DNA from: Candidatus Eiseniibacteriota bacterium
Lineage (GTDB): Bacteria; Eisenbacteria; RBG-16-71-46
DNA length: 64,000 bases
Direction of reading: 5' to 3'
Assembly (NCBI GenBank): GCA_963707915.1
Contig: OY970178.1
Location: 2,016,001-2,080,000 of the forward strand
Positions 29,090 to 38,305 of the stretch are shown in pieces. Position 1 is the stretch's first letter. Every line of letters begins with the position of its first letter. A program made the position numbers and the translations under genes. The notes beneath the pieces were generated by a model. It saw nothing but the letters and a program-made list of their open reading frames with translations, ran no database searches and had not been told where the DNA came from.

Positions 29090-29978
29090 GGAGCATCCCC
29101 CCCTCGGGCGGCATCGGCACGTACTGGTCCCCGAGCGCTTCCCGGTAGTGTGCATCCCTCGCCTCGAGGAACGTGGGCCGTTCCACGTCGACGAACTTCC
29201 CGCAGATGATCCTGCTCTGGAAGTCGAGATCCAGTTCGCGGGTGTCGGCCTTGTTCTTGATCTCGAAGTTGTCGCGGTAGTAGGTCATCAGGTCCAGGCC
29301 GGTCCCGAGCTTGTTGAGCCGCGCGTAGAGCGTCGAACAGGGCGCGATCACCTCGATGAAGCGGAAGCCCTTGCGCTTCAGGGCCTCGGTGAAGGTCCGG
29401 GTCATCTGGGCGGTGTGCATGCTGGTCCAGCGCGCGACGTACGTGGCCCCGCAGGTGGCCGCCAGGTGCGGGAGGTTGAACGGGCGCTCGAAGTTGCCGA
29501 GCGGCATGGTCGAGGAGCGCGCGGTGAGCGGCGTGGTGGGCGCGTTCTGCCCGCCGGTCATGCCGTAGATGAAGTTGTTCACCAGGATCACCAGCAGGTC
29601 CATGTTGCGCCGGGCCGCGTGGATGAAGTGGTTGCCGCCGATTCCGATCAGGTCACCGTCGCCGGAGAAGACGGTGACGTTCAACTCGGGCCGTCCCAGC
29701 TTGAGCCCGGTCGCGAAGGGCAGGGCGCGGCCGTGCGTCGAGTGGAAGCTGTCCATCTTCACGTAGCCGGCGACGCGGCCGGTGCAGCCGATGCCGGAGA
29801 CCACGCTCACCTTGTCGAGGTCGAGCTTCGAGCGGCCCAGCGCGGTCCCGTAGCACTTCAGCACCGTGCCGATGCCGCAGGTCGGGCACCAGATGTGCGG
29901 CATCCGGTCCATGCGGATGTAGGGCGTGATCGGGTGTTCGGGCGTCTCGATCTTGTCCAGCCGGATCAGCGGGCTCAT
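29076..29978 (-). CDS. korB: 2-oxoacid:ferredoxin oxidoreductase beta subunit (copy 2)
   Basis: WCPTCG, SGIGCTGR, HSTHGRA, GDGD...NNFIYGMTGGQ. Confidence 0.93.
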   Translation of the reverse strand: MSPLIRLDKIETPEHPITPYIRMDRMPHIWCPTCGIGTVLKCYGTALGRSKLDLDKVSVVSGIGCTGRVAGYVKMDSFHSTHGRALPFATGLKLGRPELNVTVFSGDGDLIGIGGNHFIHAARRNMDLLVILVNNFIYGMTGGQNAPTTPLTARSSTMPLGNFERPFNLPHLAATCGATYVARWTSMHTAQMTRTFTEALKRKGFRFIEVIAPCSTLYARLNKLGTGLDLMTYYRDNFEIKNKADTRELDLDFQSRIICGKFVDVERPTFLEARDAHYREALGDQYVPMPPEGGMLHGQD

Positions 29979-31174
29979 CGCGCGGCTCCCAGGATGGCCC
30001 GGCAGACCGTCTCGGGATCGTGGACCCCGCCGCCGGCGTGCGGGACCCCGATGGTGGCGGCCTGGCCGCCGGCGCAACGCTCCACCTCCAGCGACATCTG
30101 CCCGAAGTTGATCTCCGGGACCACGAAGGCCTTGATCCCCCGGGCCAGCTCGCGGATGCGCGCCTCCGGGAACGGCCAGCACACCACCAGCCGCAGCGTG
30201 CCCACCTTCGCCCCCTGCTGGCGCGCCATCTCGACCCCCAGCTGGGCGACCCGCGAGGTGATGCCGTAGCTCACCACCACCACGTCGGCCCCGGCGGTCT
30301 GCTCCTCCTCGATGCGGATGATCTTGTCCGCGTTCTTCCTGAGCTTGTCCACCAGCCGCCGCACCAGGACCTCCTGGGTTTCCACGGTCATGGCCGGGTA
30401 GCCGCGCTCGTCGTGCGTGAGGCCGGTGGTGTGGAAGCGGTAGCCGTCGCCGGCGCGGATCATCTCGGGCACCAGGCTCTCGTCGGCGCGGTAGGGCCGG
30501 TACTCGGCCGGGCTGAGCTTCGTCAGCCGCCGCGGCACGACCTCGATCTGGTCGGCCGGCGGGATGACGACCTTCTCGGTCATGTGGCCGACGCACTCGT
30601 CCATCATCATCAGCACCGGCACGCGATAGAGCTCGGAGAGATTGAAGGCGTCGATGGTCAGGTCGAAGGCCTCCTGCGGCGAGCGCGGGCTGAGCGCGAT
30701 CACGCCGTAGTCCCCGTGCGAGCCCCAGCGGGCCTGCATCATGTCGCCCTGCCCCACCATGGTGGGCAGTCCGGTCGAGGGCCCGGCGCGCTGCACGTCC
30801 ACCACCACGACCGGGGTCTCCATCATCGCGGCCAGGCCGATGTTCTCCATCATCAGGCTGAAGCCGGGGCCGCTGGTCACGGTCATGCACTTCGTGCCGG
30901 TCCACGAGCCGCCGACCACCGCGGCCATGCTGGCCAGCTCATCCTCCATCTGGATGAAGATGCCGCCCACCGTGGGGAAGCGGCGGCCGATGCGCTCGAC
31001 GATCTCGGTGGAGGGCGTGATCGGGTAGCCGGCCACGAAGCGGCAACCGGCGGCCATGGCGCCCTCGCCGCAGGCGAAGTCACCGTCCAGGTAGTGCGTG
31101 CCGGCGAGAACACCGCGAGGGTCGGCCTTCACCGGGCGGACCCCGGAGGCCTCGAGGTAGTGCGGACGCGTCAC
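29975..31174 (-). CDS. korA: 2-oxoacid:ferredoxin oxidoreductase alpha subunit (copy 2)
   Basis: AGYPITPSTE, QMEDELAS, TSGPGFSLM, VQRAGPSTGLPT; GTGA overlap with korD. Confidence 0.93.
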   Translation of the reverse strand: MTRPHYLEASGVRPVKADPRGVLAGTHYLDGDFACGEGAMAAGCRFVAGYPITPSTEIVERIGRRFPTVGGIFIQMEDELASMAAVVGGSWTGTKCMTVTSGPGFSLMMENIGLAAMMETPVVVVDVQRAGPSTGLPTMVGQGDMMQARWGSHGDYGVIALSPRSPQEAFDLTIDAFNLSELYRVPVLMMMDECVGHMTEKVVIPPADQIEVVPRRLTKLSPAEYRPYRADESLVPEMIRAGDGYRFHTTGLTHDERGYPAMTVETQEVLVRRLVDKLRKNADKIIRIEEEQTAGADVVVVSYGITSRVAQLGVEMARQQGAKVGTLRLVVCWPFPEARIRELARGIKAFVVPEINFGQMSLEVERCAGGQAATIGVPHAGGGVHDPETVCRAILGAAR

Positions 31175-31488
31175 TTGGCCACCCCCTTCCCGTCTTCCGG
31201 GTCGGGCTCGGGCGCGCCGATGGTGAAGATGGCGAAGTCGGGGCAGATCATCTCGCACATCGCGCAGTTGGTGCAGCTGTCGGGATTGACGACCCTGGGC
31301 GGGTGGTAGCCCTTCCGGTTGAACTTCTCCGAGGACACGAGGACGTGCCGGGGGCAGAACTCGACACAGAAGCCACAGCCCTTGCACCAGTCCGCGATGA
31401 TGCACAACTCACCGTCCGGCACCGGGACGCGTTCGGCCTCCGGCACCTTGCCCTGGGGTACGTGTTCGATCCCCTCGATCGGCTTCAT
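31171..31488 (-). CDS. korD: 2x[4Fe-4S] ferredoxin, delta subunit (copy 2)
   Basis: CKGCGFCVEFCP, CTNCAMCEMICPDFAI; GGAGGGAG RBS. Confidence 0.9.
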   Translation of the reverse strand: MKPIEGIEHVPQGKVPEAERVPVPDGELCIIADWCKGCGFCVEFCPRHVLVSSEKFNRKGYHPPRVVNPDSCTNCAMCEMICPDFAIFTIGAPEPDPEDGKGVAK

Positions 31489-31588
31489 CCACTCCCTCCG
31501 CGATCCACTCTTCCCGTCGGCTCCGGCTCCAGGGCGGCCGCCCGGCAGCAGGGACTGACGGCGTCTCAGCCATTCGGACGATGCAAAA

Positions 31589-31625
31589 TACAGGCCCCTC
31601 CCGGGTGTGGGTCCCGGGGCCTGTA
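31589..31625 (-). terminator. Hairpin followed by short U-tract upstream of korD copy 2
   Basis: TACAGGCCCC / GGGGCCTGTA 10-bp stem followed by TTTT on the minus strand. Confidence 0.4.
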
Positions 31626-31839
31626 GTCCATTGGATGCGGAGATTCCAACGGGTTGCAGAAAGAACTCTTGGGACGATGATCGAACCGGCCGCGGCGGCG
31701 ACTGCCGAGGTCGCTGCGCCGGGGGACGGGGCTGCCATGCGCCACCCCGGGGCTGTGACATGGCAGGCGGGCCGGGCGGCCCGGGACGGGCCGGTTCGGG
31801 GGCCTTGCGGGCCACCCGGGGCCCGGCGGCCCCGTGCCG

Positions 31840-32700
31840 TCACGCGCGCGCCAGGGCCTCGACGGCCTCCGCGACCTTCACGCAGAACGCCCGGTAGTCG
31901 TTCCGCTCGGCGAACGCCCGGCCGCGTCGCCCCATCTCCGGGGTCACCGCGGCGAGGGCCACCCGCCACCCGGCCACGTCCCCCGGCGGCACGGACAGGC
32001 CGCACCCCACCGCCTCCGGCGAGAAGTGCACGTTCCTCGTCATCACGATGGGCTTCCCGAGCGCGAGCGCGTCGATCAGCTCGGTGAACCCCGCGAGACC
32101 GGACCCGGCGAGCGGGATCGCGACGACCGACGCGCGCTTCAGGTCCTCGATCACCCGGCCGTAGTCGAGGTGGCCGACCGGACCGATGATCTTCGTGGTC
32201 ACCGCCGGGTGGTGGGGCATCGGCTCCCGCAGGTAGACCACCGCGGGGACGTCCAGCGCCGCCAGCAGGGTCGCATGGTCGCGCGCGTTCTTGCCGACGC
32301 TGACCACGTACTCCGAGGAGATCGGCGTGTAGTCGTAGGTGAGGTCGGGCCCCCACCACGCGCTGACGGCGCGTCCGCCCTGGCGCTCCACCACCTGCCG
32401 GGTGTGCTCGGACAGGCAGAGGCAGGTGTCGATCCCGCGGATCCAGAGGCCGCTGCCGCGACTCTGCCGCGGGTGGTGGAACACCACGGCCAGCGGCGGC
32501 GAGAACCCGGCCCGGCGGGACAGCGCATGCAGCCGCGCCTGCTGCTCGTTCGCCACGTAGACGACGTCCGGCCGGGTGTCGCACAGCTGGTGGCCCAGCG
32601 ACTCGAGATGGTCCGTGGCCCACAGGTGGTGGCGCGGGAGCACGCCCCGGGCGCAGCGGTCACGGGCCAGCGGGTAGTTGTTGAGGAATCGGATTCTCAT
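31840..32700 (-). CDS. Glycosyltransferase (GT-B, family 4-like)
   Basis: SVGKNARDHATL, ASVVAIP...GFTELIDALALGKPIV, VPPGD. Confidence 0.75.
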   Translation of the reverse strand: MRIRFLNNYPLARDRCARGVLPRHHLWATDHLESLGHQLCDTRPDVVYVANEQQARLHALSRRAGFSPPLAVVFHHPRQSRGSGLWIRGIDTCLCLSEHTRQVVERQGGRAVSAWWGPDLTYDYTPISSEYVVSVGKNARDHATLLAALDVPAVVYLREPMPHHPAVTTKIIGPVGHLDYGRVIEDLKRASVVAIPLAGSGLAGFTELIDALALGKPIVMTRNVHFSPEAVGCGLSVPPGDVAGWRVALAAVTPEMGRRGRAFAERNDYRAFCVKVAEAVEALARA

Positions 32701-32839
32701 CGGGGTCCGGCGTGGCTCACAGGTCCTCGCGAGCGGGGAGCGGAGACGCGGAGGCCCCCGCCTGGTGGAAAGCGCTCGTCCAGACGGAGGCCTTCGACGT
32801 CTCGAATCCTACCACACGACCGGGCCGGTCCCCGGCCGG

Positions 32840-33418
32840 TCAGCCCGCCATCGCGAACTTGATCTCGACATCCTCCCGGTCCTCGGCCGTCGCGTGGAAC
32901 AGGTCCGCCGGGGTGAAGGCGAGCCAGCCCGCCACCCACTTGTCGGGGATCTGGCCGAGCCGGGTGTTGAAGGTGGCGACCGTGTCGTTGTAGAACTCGC
33001 GCCGGTCCGCGATCTGGCCCTCGATCTCGCTGATCCGCGTCTGCAGCTGCAGGAAACCCTGGTTGGCCTTGAGGTCGGGGTAGGCCTCCGCCACCGCGAA
33101 GATCCCGCCGAGCGCCCGGGTCAGCAGGTTCTCGGCCTCGGCGCGCTGCCCCACGCTCTGGGCCCGCTGCAGCGCCCCGCGCGCCTCGCTGAGCTTGTCG
33201 AAGACGGCGCGCTCGTGCTGCATGTAGCCCTCGCAGGTCTTCACCAGCTTGGGCAGCTCGTCGTGCCGCTGCTTCAGGAGCACGTCGATGTTGGCCCACG
33301 AGCGCGCGATGGCGTTCTTGAGGGCGACCAGGCTGTTGTAGATGGAGAACCACACGCCACCCACCGCCACGACGACGAACAGCACCGCGACCGTACCGAG
33401 GATCTCACCGGGATGCAT
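32840..33418 (-). CDS. lemA: LemA family protein
   Basis: N-terminal TM, YNSLV, WANIDVLLKQRHD, AVAEAYPDLKANQGF, RREFYN. Confidence 0.93.
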   Translation of the reverse strand: MHPGEILGTVAVLFVVVAVGGVWFSIYNSLVALKNAIARSWANIDVLLKQRHDELPKLVKTCEGYMQHERAVFDKLSEARGALQRAQSVGQRAEAENLLTRALGGIFAVAEAYPDLKANQGFLQLQTRISEIEGQIADRREFYNDTVATFNTRLGQIPDKWVAGWLAFTPADLFHATAEDREDVEIKFAMAG

Positions 33419-33460
33419 CCGCTGCCTCCTGGGGCTTGCCGGCGTGACCGCCGGACGGGG

Positions 33461-34279
33461 TTATCGGAACCACCGGCCCACGCTCAGCGCGTGAAGCCAG
33501 TAGGCGAGGCCGAACAACGCGAGCGCCGGACCGCCGATCACCTGGGCCGTCGCCTTCAACCCCAGCTGCAGCGTCAGGTCCCGCTCGGACTGCTGGGAGA
33601 TGATGTAGGTCCGCTCGTTCTCTCCGCGCCGGACGACCGCCTGCGCCTCGTGGTCGAGGTCGTGCAGCCGGCGGGCGCGACGATCGTCGGTGCCGGTCGC
33701 CTCGAGCTCGTCGTCCATCGAGATCACGACCGACTGGGGCCGCGGCATGGCGGTGCCGAGCACGTAGACGCGCTGGCCCGCTTCCAGCACGCGCTCGCGG
33801 AAGCGCAGGCTGCCCAGGCGCCACAGCCGGTGGGCCGCGGGGCGCTGCTCGTCCAGGTACCGCGCGTAGACCTCGGGGAGCGAGATCCCGAGGCACTCCT
33901 CCTCGACCTGGAAGTTGAGCCGCGCCGTGGCGCCCTGCGGGTAGACCAGCGCCACGCCGGTCTCGTCGCGCAGGAAGAAGGGGTGCCCCGAGGCGTTGCG
34001 GTGGACGACGTGCCAGGCGTTGCGCCGTGAACGGGTGGCGATGTCCACCTGCCAGTAGGCGCACGGCCGGCCGGAGAACGGCGCGGCGATCTCGCTGCGC
34101 GGGCTCACCGTGCCGTTGATCTCCACCAGCCCCATGGACATCGAGCGGATGCGCGACGTGGGGGTGTTCTGGATGAGCCGCCGCAGGCGCAGGTCGCGGA
34201 AGCTGCGCCAGAACAGGAGGGGCCCCGTACCCAGCGCCACGGTGGCCCAGAACGGCAACTCGACGGCGTGCAGGTTCAT
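33461..34279 (-). CDS. GIDE-domain-like membrane protein
   Basis: TM-soluble-TM architecture; RLIQNTPTSRIRS..MGLVEING, APFSGRPC, F.LRDETG, RFRERVL..G..VYVLG. Confidence 0.7.
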   Translation of the reverse strand: MNLHAVELPFWATVALGTGPLLFWRSFRDLRLRRLIQNTPTSRIRSMSMGLVEINGTVSPRSEIAAPFSGRPCAYWQVDIATRSRRNAWHVVHRNASGHPFFLRDETGVALVYPQGATARLNFQVEEECLGISLPEVYARYLDEQRPAAHRLWRLGSLRFRERVLEAGQRVYVLGTAMPRPQSVVISMDDELEATGTDDRRARRLHDLDHEAQAVVRRGENERTYIISQQSERDLTLQLGLKATAQVIGGPALALFGLAYWLHALSVGRWFR

Positions 34280-34287
34280 CGCGGCTC

Positions 34288-35118
34288 CTAGAGGCGCCCC
34301 AGCGCGCGCAACGCGTCGGCCGCGGCGGCCAGGTAGAGCAGGCCGAGCAGGCTCAGCGCCGGCCCGGCGAACGCGCCCAGCGTCCGCCACGCCGGCGCCG
34401 CCAGGTCGCGCGCCTCCGGCGCGCGGTCGGAGACGAAGAGGAAGTCGACCAGGTCACCCGGGCCCAGGCTCAGCTCGCACTCCTCCGCACGGGTATCGGC
34501 CACGGCCACTTCGAACGCACCGTCGGTGCCGGTGGCCTCCAGCTCGACGACCTCCAGGCGATCGAGCGCGTGCCGGCTGCGGGCGAAGCCCGCGACGTGG
34601 CAGGACGAGCCGGGCAGGAGCGACCGCTCGACCAGCCGGAGCCGGCCGCCCGCCCGGCGCCACCACACCGCCTCCGGGACACGGCCGAGCAGCCGGGAGA
34701 GACGCTCCGGCAGCGGCTCGTCGGGCGCGACCTCGCGTGCCGCGGTGGCGGGGAGCGGCCAGCGGCCGGCGGTCGATTCGAGGCGCGCCGTGGCCCCGGG
34801 ACCCACGACGCGGAAGGGACGGCGCTCCTCCACGGTCTTCACGATCGGCGCCCCGACCGCCTGGATCTCGAGCTGGAAGGCCGCGCAGGGTGCGGCCGAG
34901 AGCGGCGTGAACATCGGGCTGTCGAGCGTCACGGTGCCGCTGACGTGCACGAAGCCCTCGAGCCCGCCGGTGAGCGGCTTCTCGGCGAGGCCGGCGCGGT
35001 GGCGCCGAAGCCGCAGCGCACGCAGGCCGGCCCGGAAGAGCGCCGCCCCGGACACGACGGCGCCGAGGGCACAGGCGAGCCCCCCGAGGGTCGGGTGAAC
35101 GAACTGGGCAGGATCCAT
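34288..35118 (-). CDS. Second, more divergent GIDE-like membrane protein
   Basis: Same architecture; G.VHVSG, TPLSAAPC, RLVERSL.PG, ELEATGTDG (shared with the neighbour). Confidence 0.6.
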   Translation of the reverse strand: MDPAQFVHPTLGGLACALGAVVSGAALFRAGLRALRLRRHRAGLAEKPLTGGLEGFVHVSGTVTLDSPMFTPLSAAPCAAFQLEIQAVGAPIVKTVEERRPFRVVGPGATARLESTAGRWPLPATAAREVAPDEPLPERLSRLLGRVPEAVWWRRAGGRLRLVERSLLPGSSCHVAGFARSRHALDRLEVVELEATGTDGAFEVAVADTRAEECELSLGPGDLVDFLFVSDRAPEARDLAAPAWRTLGAFAGPALSLLGLLYLAAAADALRALGRL

Positions 35119-35223
35119 CGGACGGGTTATCGGCCCGGCGAGGGCTCAACCACAGCCGGAAATCGAGGGGTTCCGGCGCATCCGGAGGGACGGTTGTGCG
35201 AGCGGCGCCCGGTGCCCCTCGGC

Positions 35224-35387
35224 GCCGGGGCCGGAGACTCCAGTGGGCGAGCAGAGGCACCATGCGCTCGCTCACTGGAGTCTCCGGCCCCGGCTGGCAC
35301 AGTCGGGGAGGCGGTAGACGGGGGCAGCAGGACGGGTTGGGCGAGCGCATGGTGCCTCTGCTCGCCCAACCCGTCCTGCTGCCCCCG
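35224..35387. repeat. Pair of long hairpins sharing an inverted core (REP/REPIN-like)
   Basis: 29-bp stem at 35224-35294 (one G-T) and perfect 28-bp stem at 35319-35387. Core TGGGCGAGC-AGAGGCACCATGC-GCTCGC is present in opposite orientations. Confidence 0.85.
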
Positions 35388-35420
35388 CCTCTGGAGCGCA
35401 GCGGGCTGCTCCTTGCTGCC

Positions 35421-36197
35421 CTAGCGCGCGCTGAGCAGTTGCCGGCCCCCGTCGATCGGGATCGTCGCGCCGGTGATCCAGGCGGCGGCATCGCTCAGCA
35501 GGAACAGCACCATCGCCGCGATCTCCTCGGGCTGTCCGACGCGGCCCAGCGGGTGGGTGACCTTCGAGCGCTCGAGGAAGCTTGGGTAGTCGGTGACCGC
35601 GTTCGTGACGGTCTGCAGCTCGGTCACCACGACGCCCGGGTTCAGCGCGTTCACCCGCACGCCGTGCGGCGCCAGGTCCAGCGCGGCGCAGCGCGTGAAG
35701 GCGTCCACGCCCGCCTTGCTCACCACGTAGCCCATGAGGTTGGCGTAGGGCCGCGGGCCGGCCACCGACGAGAGGTTCACCACCGCGCCACGGCGCTGGA
35801 TCAGCCCGGGCGCGGCGGCGCGGGTGAGCAGGTACATGGCGCGCAGGTTGGTGTCCATCATGCGGTCCCACTCCGCGGGCTCGAGCTCCAGCAGCCCGCC
35901 GCCGCCCATCACGCCGGCCGCGTTCACCAGGCCGTCGAGCCCGCCGTAGCGCTTCGCCGCCGCCTCGACCCAGGCGCGGCACACCGGTTCCTCGCGCACG
36001 TCCCCCGAGACCGCGACGGCCTCGCCGCCGGCGGTGCGGATCCGCGCCACGACCTCGTCGAGCCGGGCCTGGCGGCGCCCCGCCGCGACCACCTTCGCAC
36101 CCTCCGCGCCCAGCGCGAGTGCGCACGCCCGGCCGATGCCGCTGCTCGCGCCGGTGACGAGACAGACGCGGTCCTTGAAGCGAGCCTGTTCAGCCAT
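35421..36197 (-). CDS. SDR family NAD(P)-dependent oxidoreductase
   Basis: VTGASSGIG, VNAAG, catalytic YVVSK, VRVNALNPG. Confidence 0.93.
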   Translation of the reverse strand: MAEQARFKDRVCLVTGASSGIGRACALALGAEGAKVVAAGRRQARLDEVVARIRTAGGEAVAVSGDVREEPVCRAWVEAAAKRYGGLDGLVNAAGVMGGGGLLELEPAEWDRMMDTNLRAMYLLTRAAAPGLIQRRGAVVNLSSVAGPRPYANLMGYVVSKAGVDAFTRCAALDLAPHGVRVNALNPGVVVTELQTVTNAVTDYPSFLERSKVTHPLGRVGQPEEIAAMVLFLLSDAAAWITGATIPIDGGRQLLSAR

Positions 36198-36282
36198 TCG
36201 TCCCTCTCCTTTCGGATTCGTTCGCTGCGCTTCCCGGGCGCCCGCGTCCGTCGGACCGCCCGCGGTCGCGCCCCCGGCGACG

Positions 36283-36429
36283 TCAGTGCTTCCCCGGCCC
36301 CCGCTCGCGGGCGCGCCGCTCGTCGGCGCGGCCCCGGCGGTAGGCCCAGGCCCAGATGAACCACCCGGTGACGGCGTGCAACAGCCACCAGCCGGGCTGC
36401 AGGAACTGGAGTCCTTCGGGCAGAGTCAT
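36283..36429 (-). CDS. Small 48-aa membrane protein
   Basis: ATGA overlap with the Nudix stop; Trp-rich hydrophobic stretch followed by a basic tail. Confidence 0.55.
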   Translation of the reverse strand: MTLPEGLQFLQPGWWLLHAVTGWFIWAWAYRRGRADERRARERGPGKH

Positions 36430-36869
36430 GGTTCCCTTCCTCGTTGCCGGGCACCTTCCCGTTCGGCTTTCGCCAGCACGGCCAGGAACCCGCGGTCCGC
36501 CTCCAGCACCTCCCCCGGATCGACCTCGCCGGGCCGGCTCCAGCGCACCTCGTGCACCGCCGGGCTCGGCCTGAAGTCGAGCGAATCCAGCTCGCAGCCG
36601 ACGAAGTGAAGCTCGACGGCAGGACCGTGCGCGTACTCGTGGGACTCCACCGCCAGCGTGCCCCGCGGCACCGAGCCCACTCCCAGCTCCTCGCGCAGCT
36701 CGCGCACCAGGGCCTGTTCGGCCGTCTCGCCGGGCTCGAACTTGCCGCCGGGGAACTCCCACTGGAGCCCGAACCGCCCGCCCGGCGGGCGGCGCGTCAG
36801 GAGCACGCGCCCGTCGCGCCACACGACCGCGGCGGCGACCCGGATGCGGCGATCCCGGTCGTCAGCCAC
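36426..36869 (-). CDS. Nudix hydrolase, MutT/NudG-like
   Basis: WEFPGGKFEPGETAEQALVRELREELGV Nudix box. Confidence 0.9.
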   Translation of the reverse strand: MADDRDRRIRVAAAVVWRDGRVLLTRRPPGGRFGLQWEFPGGKFEPGETAEQALVRELREELGVGSVPRGTLAVESHEYAHGPAVELHFVGCELDSLDFRPSPAVHEVRWSRPGEVDPGEVLEADRGFLAVLAKAEREGARQRGREP

Positions 36870-37467
36870 GCCGCGGCCCGTCCTCCGCCGTCTCGCGCTC
36901 GAAGAGCACGAGGTAGCGCCGCTCGCCCGACTTCCGCGCGGCGATGGCCCGGCGCGCCGCGTGGCAGAGGAAGGCCGCCTGCTCCGGCCCGAGCCGGCGG
37001 CAGCCGCGCAGCGAGCGCGGCAGCCGCAGGTAGCTCGGCGGCACGTCGTTCAGCAACGGCGAGCGGGCGAGCGCCCACAGGTCGCAGGCGCGTTCGCCGC
37101 GCGGCACCAGGCCGCGGGCTTGCAGCAGGTGGGTGAATTCGTGCGCCACGGTGAAGTACGACAACCGGCGCGGCCGCACCCAGATGCCCGGGCGCTCGGG
37201 GTCGAGCGATCCCCAGCCGAGCACGCCGCGCTTGCGGGCCAGCCCGACGCGCACCGTGCCGTCGGCCAGCTCGGGGAAGAAGCGCCGGACGAACTCCAGG
37301 CGCTCGAGGATGCGCGGCCGGTGGGGCGAGCGCTCGACCAGCCTCGAGAGGTCCCAGCGGGGACGCGGCGGGCCGAAGTCCATCGCGATCTGCTCGAGCG
37401 GGGTGATCCGGCGCCGGCGGCGCGCGGGCCGCGGCTGCGGCGGTGGAGCGACCGAGAGGGCGGGCAT
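36862..37467 (-). CDS. Hypothetical protein with HEXXH zinc-binding motif
   Basis: VAHEFTHLLQ...ERACDL; overlaps the Nudix start. Start codon is uncertain. Confidence 0.6.
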   Translation of the reverse strand: MPALSVAPPPQPRPARRRRRITPLEQIAMDFGPPRPRWDLSRLVERSPHRPRILERLEFVRRFFPELADGTVRVGLARKRGVLGWGSLDPERPGIWVRPRRLSYFTVAHEFTHLLQARGLVPRGERACDLWALARSPLLNDVPPSYLRLPRSLRGCRRLGPEQAAFLCHAARRAIAARKSGERRYLVLFERETAEDGPRRG

Positions 37468-37736
37468 CCGTGGACTCTGTCGCACCGGGGGGGCGGCTGG
37501 CAAGGAGCGGGCGCCGCGTCCGGGCCGGGGACGACGCAGGACCCGGAGCAGCGCCCCGAGCCACGGCCGGATCAGCATGCGACGGACTGCGGCGGGCCCG
37601 GCGGGCCCGCGCCGGCGCCGAGGTCCGTGCCGATCCCGGTGGCGCGGCGGCCCGCGGCGGGTCTATATTGCCGGCACGGCAGCTCCCCCCGTACATGGAC
37701 CGTAGGCCCCGAGGATGGATCCTCAAGGAGCCCCGC

Positions 37737-38288
37737 ATGCGCATCGTCCTTCGCTTCTGTTTCGTCGGCCTCCTGCTGCTCGTCTCCGCCGCGCTCGCCC
37801 GCGCCCAGGTCTTCTCCGGCGTGGACCTGATGACCTCGACCGTCATGCAGCAGCACCAGAGCTCGTTCTCGGGGCTCAGCGCCCGCGTGGAGCTGCGCTC
37901 CAAGCGCATCGTCGAGGGCTTCGACCTCCTGCCCTACTTCGAGTACTGGCGCAACAACTCGCGGATCGAGGTCCCCGGCACCAGCATCAGCAGCACGCGC
38001 AAGGACGCCACCCTCGGAGCCGACGCGCGCTACACCTTCCAGCGCGCGGGCTGGCGGCCCTACGTGGGAGCGGGCCTCGGGGTCCACTTCCTCTCGACCG
38101 AGGTGGATGCGCCTTCGCTGAACCTGGATCACCCGAGCGGCTCGATGGTCAAGGGCGGTCTCTCGGGGCTGGTCGGGGTCACGTTCCCGCTCTCCGGGCG
38201 TCTCGAGAACTTCACCGAGCTCAAGTACCACCACCTCCCCGGCTACAGCCAGGTCAAGATCAACATGGGGCTCGCCTGGAAGCTGTAG
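37737..38288 (+). CDS. Outer-membrane beta-barrel protein (OmpA/OmpW-like, small)
   Basis: AAGGAG RBS, signal peptide ending ARA, amphipathic strands, RPYVGAGLG, aromatic residue near the C-terminus. Confidence 0.75.
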   Translation: MRIVLRFCFVGLLLLVSAALARAQVFSGVDLMTSTVMQQHQSSFSGLSARVELRSKRIVEGFDLLPYFEYWRNNSRIEVPGTSISSTRKDATLGADARYTFQRAGWRPYVGAGLGVHFLSTEVDAPSLNLDHPSGSMVKGGLSGLVGVTFPLSGRLENFTELKYHHLPGYSQVKINMGLAWKL

Positions 38289-38305
38289 GGCCCTGACGCG
38301 GCGCT

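Noticed and set aside
35224..35387. Possible CRISPR array
   Set aside because: Only two units, in inverted orientation, with no spacer series and no cas genes in the window.
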